From contig CP129475.1 of assembly GCA_030583785.1 (NCBI GenBank), forward strand, positions 351,559-415,558: 64,000 nt of DNA, given 5' to 3'. The notes below the pieces were generated by a model. It was not told the DNA's origin. It was given only the letters and a program-made list of their open reading frames with translations, and made no database searches. This DNA comes from Candidatus Dojkabacteria bacterium. Lineage in GTDB: Bacteria > Patescibacteriota > Dojkabacteria > B142 > OLB20. Made by a program: the position numbers and the translations under genes. Shown in pieces: positions 58,867 through 64,000 of the stretch (the first letter of the stretch is position 1; every line of letters starts with the position of its first letter).

Positions 58867-60038
58867 GAAAGATCCTTTAATGGATGATGCTTCTGATGCG
58901 TCTGTTCTGCAACCTTATCGCTCGAATGAACATACTTACTTGTAGTTGATAATGACGCGTGTCCTAAAAGCCTTTGAATTACTGCAGGATTAGCTCCATT
59001 CTCAGCTATATAGGTAGCGAATCCATGCCTTAGACTATGCGCACTGGTAGGAACAATGATCCCAAGGTAAGTGCGATACTCCTTGATCTTAGATTGAAGA
59101 TAATTTACGGATATTCTTACCACATAAGGATCTTGGGTTGAATGTCTCAGGCCTCGATAAGGAATGAATAGTGCCGGGAAATCGTCATCTCTGGTCTGTA
59201 GATACCTTTCTATATAGAAACTGCATCTAGGAGTTAGGTATACAAATCTTTGCTTTCTGCCTTTACCTATTATATATATTTTTGAATCTCCAAGATGTGA
59301 ATTGTCAGTAAGTTTTAGATCGTGTCTATCAAGGTTAATTAATTCAGAGATTCGCATACCTGTAGAAAAAAGCATTTCAAGCATGGCTCGGTTTCTAAAA
59401 CGGATTTTCCTTTTCTTTTCATAAGTTTCGGGAGCTTCGACTAAACGGACAAGTTCTTCAAATTCTGCGACTTGAGTTTCTTTCTTTTCACTTTTAATTA
59501 GTTTTATTGAATCAGGAGGTAAAGGAACTTGATGATCGATATCGATCAAAAATCTCAAATACGAGCGAATAGCTGATAACATGCGATTTACACTACGACT
59601 ACTTAGTCGTCCAGAATACATTGAAAGCCTTCTAGAGGCACTAGAGCTCGATTTCTTCTTTTCGCTTGTCCCATGTGCTTTTCCGTAGACATTAGTGGGT
59701 TTATACTTTTTAAGTACGGTCAAATACCTACCAGTCCTTAAAAATTCAACATACCTACTGATATCTAGTTTTTTTAAAGATACAAATGCAAGTTTATTGC
59801 TAAGTATGAACGCTGCCAGTATTTCGAGGTCTCGTTTATAGTTATCAACCGTCTCCTGGCTATAATTCGTATTAACCAGATCTAAGAAAAACTCAGTCTG
59901 CATAGGTAGGACATCTAATAATTTGGTACCTTTGTCAACCATATCACTAGAGAGGGCCTCTGAGCCTGTCTCAGTAGCACTCTCGTTATTCGCACTATCC
60001 TGACTAATTAACGGGGTAGTGGTATCCATATTTATCAA
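58860..60038 (-). CDS. Tyrosine recombinase (XerC/XerD-like, phage-integrase family) with an S/T-rich N-terminal extension
   Basis: 392 aa. The C-terminal catalytic motifs are HSLRHGFATYIAENGANPAVIQRLLGHASLSTTSKYVH (the catalytic Y is in KYVH) and the R...H..R pattern. Confidence 0.8.
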   Translation of the reverse strand: MINMDTTTPLISQDSANNESATETGSEALSSDMVDKGTKLLDVLPMQTEFFLDLVNTNYSQETVDNYKRDLEILAAFILSNKLAFVSLKKLDISRYVEFLRTGRYLTVLKKYKPTNVYGKAHGTSEKKKSSSSASRRLSMYSGRLSSRSVNRMLSAIRSYLRFLIDIDHQVPLPPDSIKLIKSEKKETQVAEFEELVRLVEAPETYEKKRKIRFRNRAMLEMLFSTGMRISELINLDRHDLKLTDNSHLGDSKIYIIGKGRKQRFVYLTPRCSFYIERYLQTRDDDFPALFIPYRGLRHSTQDPYVVRISVNYLQSKIKEYRTYLGIIVPTSAHSLRHGFATYIAENGANPAVIQRLLGHASLSTTSKYVHSSDKVAEQTHQKHHPLKDLSE

Positions 60039-60488
60039 GGCAATTGAAGGTAAGTAAAGAATTTATTTTTCAGCAAAGGTTTAAGGAACAATAATTAATT
60101 TAATTATTATCAGTATAAAGAAAATAAAAATAATTAACAGAAATTTATATTAAAGGCTTCTCCCCTTAGCTTATTCTCTCGGTTACTAAATATAAGGGTG
60201 ATTATACTCAGTTAAAGAATATATGATTTAACTCCCCTTGTAAAGGGTAATAAGCTGAAAAATTATCGTCTAAATATTTGAGTTAATACTACTTTAGGAG
60301 CTAGAAATGATTCACTATTCCTTATATTAATATCAGTTTCTCTGAAACTGCCTCTAAGTGGTAATACTAAGCAGAAGGTTATCCACAAATCGTAACATTA
60401 TCGTATCCCCTACGCTGAAGAATTTAGCAATTAATAACTTATAGTGATTACCATTGTGAAACTATGGGCTATTCTACACAAAGAAGCA

Positions 60489-61316
60489 TTATAAAAGCGT
60501 ACCGTTTATCCCCCACTCTGCTACTAGAGCAAGCATTATGACAATCAACACAAACAGTGAAAGATATTCAATCCATATCCATTTACTGATAATATCTCTA
60601 ACCTCGAGTGATATTCCAAGACATATGTACAGCACAATACTCTGAGCAAGTGCCAGATATGGAGCCGATACCGGCCATATACTCACTATGGCAGCAGCAA
60701 ATGATGTTATTGTGCCCATTGCTAAGCTGACAGTTAGTCTCTGATAAAAAAACAGGTCAAGAGACCATAAAGTAATATATACAAGTAACCCGCTAATAAG
60801 GTGAATCGCAATCAATCTGAACGGCAGGAAGATATCATTGCTGAAAAGCAGGAAGAAGAAGAAATACGAAATAACAAGAGTTAGGACAAACTGCGCAGCA
60901 CGAGCAGCTTGCAGTAAGGGTATTGGATTGTTATAGGCAGCATTAAGAATATTTACGGTCAGTAAAATTATGTATGAGAATAGCCAAAAGAATACAGCAG
61001 ATACCAGAATTAGACTTAATTGACCCAACTCGGAAAAGACAGTTAGAATGATTAATTCCGCAAAAAGACTAATGGAAAAGACTCCTATTGCAGGGAATAG
61101 CAAGATAGTAATGAATCGCTCTCCCCTAACCTTAAAGAATAATGCCCAGTAAGCACCAAGATAAATCAGAATCGCAAGTAAAACTGGCTTTATAGGATCA
61201 AATGGAAAATCAATATCTAGTAATACTCTAAAATCTCTCTGCTGCAATAGAACATAAGCCACTGTAAGTAGCGATGAAATAACTGCGATTCTTGTTCTAG
61301 TACTAATCTTTGACAT
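60489..61316 (-). CDS. Hypothetical polytopic membrane protein
   Basis: 275 aa with at least 7 hydrophobic helices. It overlaps the ruvB start by 14 nt. Confidence 0.6.
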   Translation of the reverse strand: MSKISTRTRIAVISSLLTVAYVLLQQRDFRVLLDIDFPFDPIKPVLLAILIYLGAYWALFFKVRGERFITILLFPAIGVFSISLFAELIILTVFSELGQLSLILVSAVFFWLFSYIILLTVNILNAAYNNPIPLLQAARAAQFVLTLVISYFFFFLLFSNDIFLPFRLIAIHLISGLLVYITLWSLDLFFYQRLTVSLAMGTITSFAAAIVSIWPVSAPYLALAQSIVLYICLGISLEVRDIISKWIWIEYLSLFVLIVIMLALVAEWGINGTLL

Positions 61317-62310
61317 TATTCTTATGATAATATCTCAATCCTTTATCTGTCACCACCCTGCCCCTTGGAGTTCTTGCTAAAAATCCTTCTTGCAAAAGAA
61401 ATGGCTCGTATACATCTTGTAGGGTAACCAGATCTTCTGAAAGTGCAGCAGCTAATGCTTGGAGTCCTATCGGACCTCCTTTGTAATGTTCAATGATGTA
61501 ATTAATGATTTTTCTATCCAACCCATCTAGACCAAACTCATCTACGCCAATTAGTTCTAACGCTTGAAGTGCTCTATCCCTTGTAATGCTCATATCCCCT
61601 GACACTTGGGCATAATCTCGGACACGCTTCAGCAATCGAATAGCTATCCTTGGTGTTTTTCTTGATCTGGCAGCAATCTCGGCAATGGCTTCTGACTCTA
61701 GTTGAGTATCTAGCACAGCTGCCTTCTGAATCAACAATTCCGAAATTTCTGAAATTGAGTAATAATCTAGGCGCAGATCAAGTCCAAAACGATCTCTGAG
61801 AGGTGAACTTAGCGAACCTGCCCTAGTAGTTGCACCGATAATTGTAAGCGGATTAAGGTCTAGACGGATACTTCTTGCTGCTGGTCCCTTTCCGAGAATA
61901 ATATCTATTGCCCTATCCTCCATAGCAGAATACAGTACCTCTTCAACAGCACGGTTGAGTCTATGGATTTCGTCTATAAACAAAATGCCGTTTGGTTCAA
62001 TATTCGTAAGTATAGAAGCCAAATCACCTTTTCTTTCAATAGCTGGACCAGAAGTAATATACAACTGCACTCCGGCTTCTGATGCAATAACATGAGCAAG
62101 CGATGTTTTACCAAGCCCTGGAGGACCATGTAGAAGTATATGATCGATAGGCTCAAGTCTAGTCTTAGCGGCAGAAATAAGTATTTGTAAACTCTCTTTT
62201 TCTCTAGCTCGACCAATGATTTCTGCAAACGACTTAGGACGAAGTGTCTTTTCGTAAAGTTCTATCTCTTCTTCGTTTGTTGTATCTGGATCTAAGATTC
62301 TATCTGCCAT
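61303..62310 (-). CDS. ruvB: Holliday junction branch migration ATPase RuvB
   Basis: 335 aa: LLHGPPGLGKTSLA, ILFIDEIHRL, and a winged-helix C-terminus. Confidence 0.95.
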   Translation of the reverse strand: MADRILDPDTTNEEEIELYEKTLRPKSFAEIIGRAREKESLQILISAAKTRLEPIDHILLHGPPGLGKTSLAHVIASEAGVQLYITSGPAIERKGDLASILTNIEPNGILFIDEIHRLNRAVEEVLYSAMEDRAIDIILGKGPAARSIRLDLNPLTIIGATTRAGSLSSPLRDRFGLDLRLDYYSISEISELLIQKAAVLDTQLESEAIAEIAARSRKTPRIAIRLLKRVRDYAQVSGDMSITRDRALQALELIGVDEFGLDGLDRKIINYIIEHYKGGPIGLQALAAALSEDLVTLQDVYEPFLLQEGFLARTPRGRVVTDKGLRYYHKNNVKD

Positions 62311-62312
62311 TA

Positions 62313-62894
62313 CTAATTATTTGATTTATTTCTTATTACTTTTAAAGCCTCTTTAATCAAATTACCTGCATCTAGTTGAGGATCTATGCTTTCTAACGCC
62401 TTGGAGATTTCTGTTTCAGAGAAACCAAGTCCAATTAAAGCATCATGCACCTCGTCTTGAGCAGGATTTGCCGTTTTTCTGCCATTAAGCACACCTTGAT
62501 GAGCAGATTGCTTAAGTTTTGACTTCAGATCTATTATAATCCTTTCAGCTGTTTTTTGTCCTATTCCGGGGCTTTTTAGCAATTTTGGTTGACCTTCAAT
62601 AATCGCAGAGACAATTTCGTCATATCCTAAAGAAGATACTAATGCCATTGCAAGTTTTGGTCCTACTCCCGAAACTGTAATAAGCATTTCGAATAAACCC
62701 AATTCTTGCTTTGTTGCGAAACCAAACAATTTAAGTTCTTGCTCACGAACATGAGTATGGATATACAAACTGATTTCTTCGTTGATTGATAACTTTGAAG
62801 CCTTCGTATCTACTCGATACCCTACTCCATTGGTACCGATGATAATAGTATCGTGCATAATATCGATTATCACACCTTGCAGATATCCTATCAT
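62313..62894 (-). CDS. ruvA: Holliday junction DNA helicase RuvA
   Basis: 193 aa: MIGYLQG...GVGYRV; HhH motifs (GVGPKLAMALV, GIGQKTAERII). Confidence 0.9.
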   Translation of the reverse strand: MIGYLQGVIIDIMHDTIIIGTNGVGYRVDTKASKLSINEEISLYIHTHVREQELKLFGFATKQELGLFEMLITVSGVGPKLAMALVSSLGYDEIVSAIIEGQPKLLKSPGIGQKTAERIIIDLKSKLKQSAHQGVLNGRKTANPAQDEVHDALIGLGFSETEISKALESIDPQLDAGNLIKEALKVIRNKSNN

Positions 62895-63388
62895 TAAATT
62901 TTTAATAACATCTTATTTAGTTGACTAGCTTGTAAATGGCAGATAGCAACTGCCAAGGCGTCTGCAACATCATCTGGTTTTGGAATCTCATGAAGACCAA
63001 GTAGTCTTTTTACCATATATTGTACCTGAGATTTATCTGCTTTTCCGTAGCCCGTAACGGCTTGTTTTACCTGCAAGGGCGAATAACTGAAGACCGGAAG
63101 ATCATTCATTGCCCCTGCCAGCAATATAACTCCTCTGGCCTGACTAACAGGAACAATGGTTGTTTTATTTCGGAAAAAGAATAATGATTCTACTGCAAGC
63201 ACATCCGGTTTATTGACTTTAATGAGATTCATCATCTGTTCATACAGAATTTTAAGTCTCATTTCTATAACATCTTTCTTATTCGTGAGGATTGCTCCCG
63301 AATCTTCATGAACAAATTTGTTACCCATTAAGGTTACAACGCCCCATCCAGCAATTGCGCTCCCACCATCAACTCCGAGTACCCTCAA
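62894..63388 (-). CDS. ruvC: Crossover junction endodeoxyribonuclease RuvC
   Basis: 164 aa: MRVLGVDGGSAIAGWGVV... The start overlaps the ruvA stop. Confidence 0.9.
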   Translation of the reverse strand: MRVLGVDGGSAIAGWGVVTLMGNKFVHEDSGAILTNKKDVIEMRLKILYEQMMNLIKVNKPDVLAVESLFFFRNKTTIVPVSQARGVILLAGAMNDLPVFSYSPLQVKQAVTGYGKADKSQVQYMVKRLLGLHEIPKPDDVADALAVAICHLQASQLNKMLLKI

Positions 63389-63424
63389 AGTATGAATAAT
63401 AATAAGAAAATAATATGTGGACTA

Positions 63425-64000
63425 CTAGTTTGAGTTTGTCCAAACCGAGTCAACATCGTCGTGATCATCGACCGACTCGATCAAGCTCGTCAATTTTGAC
63501 ATATCTTCTGCAGAAACATTAACACTTTCTTTAGGCTCTTTAATTAATTCTGCAGAAACTAATCTGTAAGAAAGATCTTCAATAGCTTTTAAAACATTTG
63601 AAAAATCAACTTTATCAGTTGTAACCTCTAGAGCTTCTAGCTGATTTCCATCAATTTCGTGTTCGACGATGTTGATATCTAATATCCCTTCGATATCAAG
63701 TAATGACATTTGAACCTCGTCAATCGAGACATCTTCGTATGTATCTTCTGCGCCGAACTTCTCTGCCTTTTTTGAGACGGCCGGAAGTATTGTTATCAGT
63801 CCTCTTTCAACAAATTGCCAGGCTATGCTTCCACCGGGAACCATTTTACCACCATGGTTTTCGATTAGTTTTCTTACTTCAGAAACAGTTCTATTTGTGT
63901 TGTCTGTCTGACAATCGATTATTAGGGACACACCACCTGGTCCGAGAGCTTCGTAGCTAATCCTTTGTATTTGAACTTTCTCCCCTTCTCCGGTGCCCTT
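63425..64000 (-). CDS. yebC: YebC/PmpR-family transcriptional regulator (N-terminus lies beyond the window end)
   Basis: The frame stays open past 63931 to the window edge (...KGTGEGEKVQIQRISYEALGPGGVSLIIDCQTDNTNRTVSEVR...). Confidence 0.8.
   Translation of the reverse strand, partial: KGTGEGEKVQIQRISYEALGPGGVSLIIDCQTDNTNRTVSEVRKLIENHGGKMVPGGSIAWQFVERGLITILPAVSKKAEKFGAEDTYEDVSIDEVQMSLLDIEGILDINIVEHEIDGNQLEALEVTTDKVDFSNVLKAIEDLSYRLVSAELIKEPKESVNVSAEDMSKLTSLIESVDDHDDVDSVWTNSN

Noticed and set aside
60039-60488. tmRNA, RNase P RNA, SRP RNA or 6S RNA in the 450-bp gap
   Set aside because: None of the conserved blocks are present on either strand: the tmRNA 5' GGGG...TTCGACGGGG and 3' tRNA-like end, the RNase P GGAAAGTCCGGGCTCC-type P4 sequences, and the SRP GGAAGCAG/AGGGAA motifs.

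Overview
This is a compact, low-GC bacterial chromosome segment, about 38% GC by eye. Few genes carry a Shine-Dalgarno sequence, many genes overlap, and several core proteins are reduced (a short DNA polymerase III delta', small GreA and NusB). This style is compatible with a CPR/Patescibacteria-like or other reduced genome. I cannot confirm the taxon from the sequence alone.

Core housekeeping blocks:
- infC(3' part)-rpmI-rplT-pheS-pheT.
- A class A PBP (PBP1A-type) with a C-terminal Ig-like extension.
- tRNA-Ser(UGA).
- tyrS, recG, uppP, a SpoU/TrmL-like methyltransferase, rsmD, rpmF (L32, not in the ORF track), nusB, rnc, rpsP and a KH-domain protein.
- holB-like, gyrB, gyrA, greA, a Xer-like tyrosine recombinase, ruvC-ruvA-ruvB and yebC (partial).

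Accessory or unusual content:
1. A four-gene overlapping operon on the minus strand (7553-12616). It encodes a 690-aa protein of unknown function, two tandem M20 (ArgE/DapE-type) metallopeptidases and a 288-aa unknown protein. A terminator/antiterminator-like leader built from GGGAGGTT / AACCTCCC / GGGAGGTT precedes it.
2. A MazG-like gene, a cytoplasmic histidine kinase, a receiver-only response regulator and a 570-aa RelA/SpoT-homologue (ppGpp synthetase-domain) protein in one co-directional cluster.
3. A block of secreted or membrane proteins that ends in a 1525-aa tail-fibre-like repeat protein. It carries four tandem 210-bp repeats and a C-terminal segment resembling an intramolecular-chaperone domain.
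4. A complete type IV pilus locus: pilB, pilT, pilC, pilA, pilD, three minor pilins and pilMNO. Two paralogous Cys-rich secreted proteins of about 850 aa are embedded in it.
5. A TyrRS with an N-terminal B3/4-like domain fusion.
6. A gyrA-greA intergenic three-segment attenuator that contains a Phe-rich 15-codon uORF with a strong SD.

No CRISPR array, rRNA or clear mobile element was seen.
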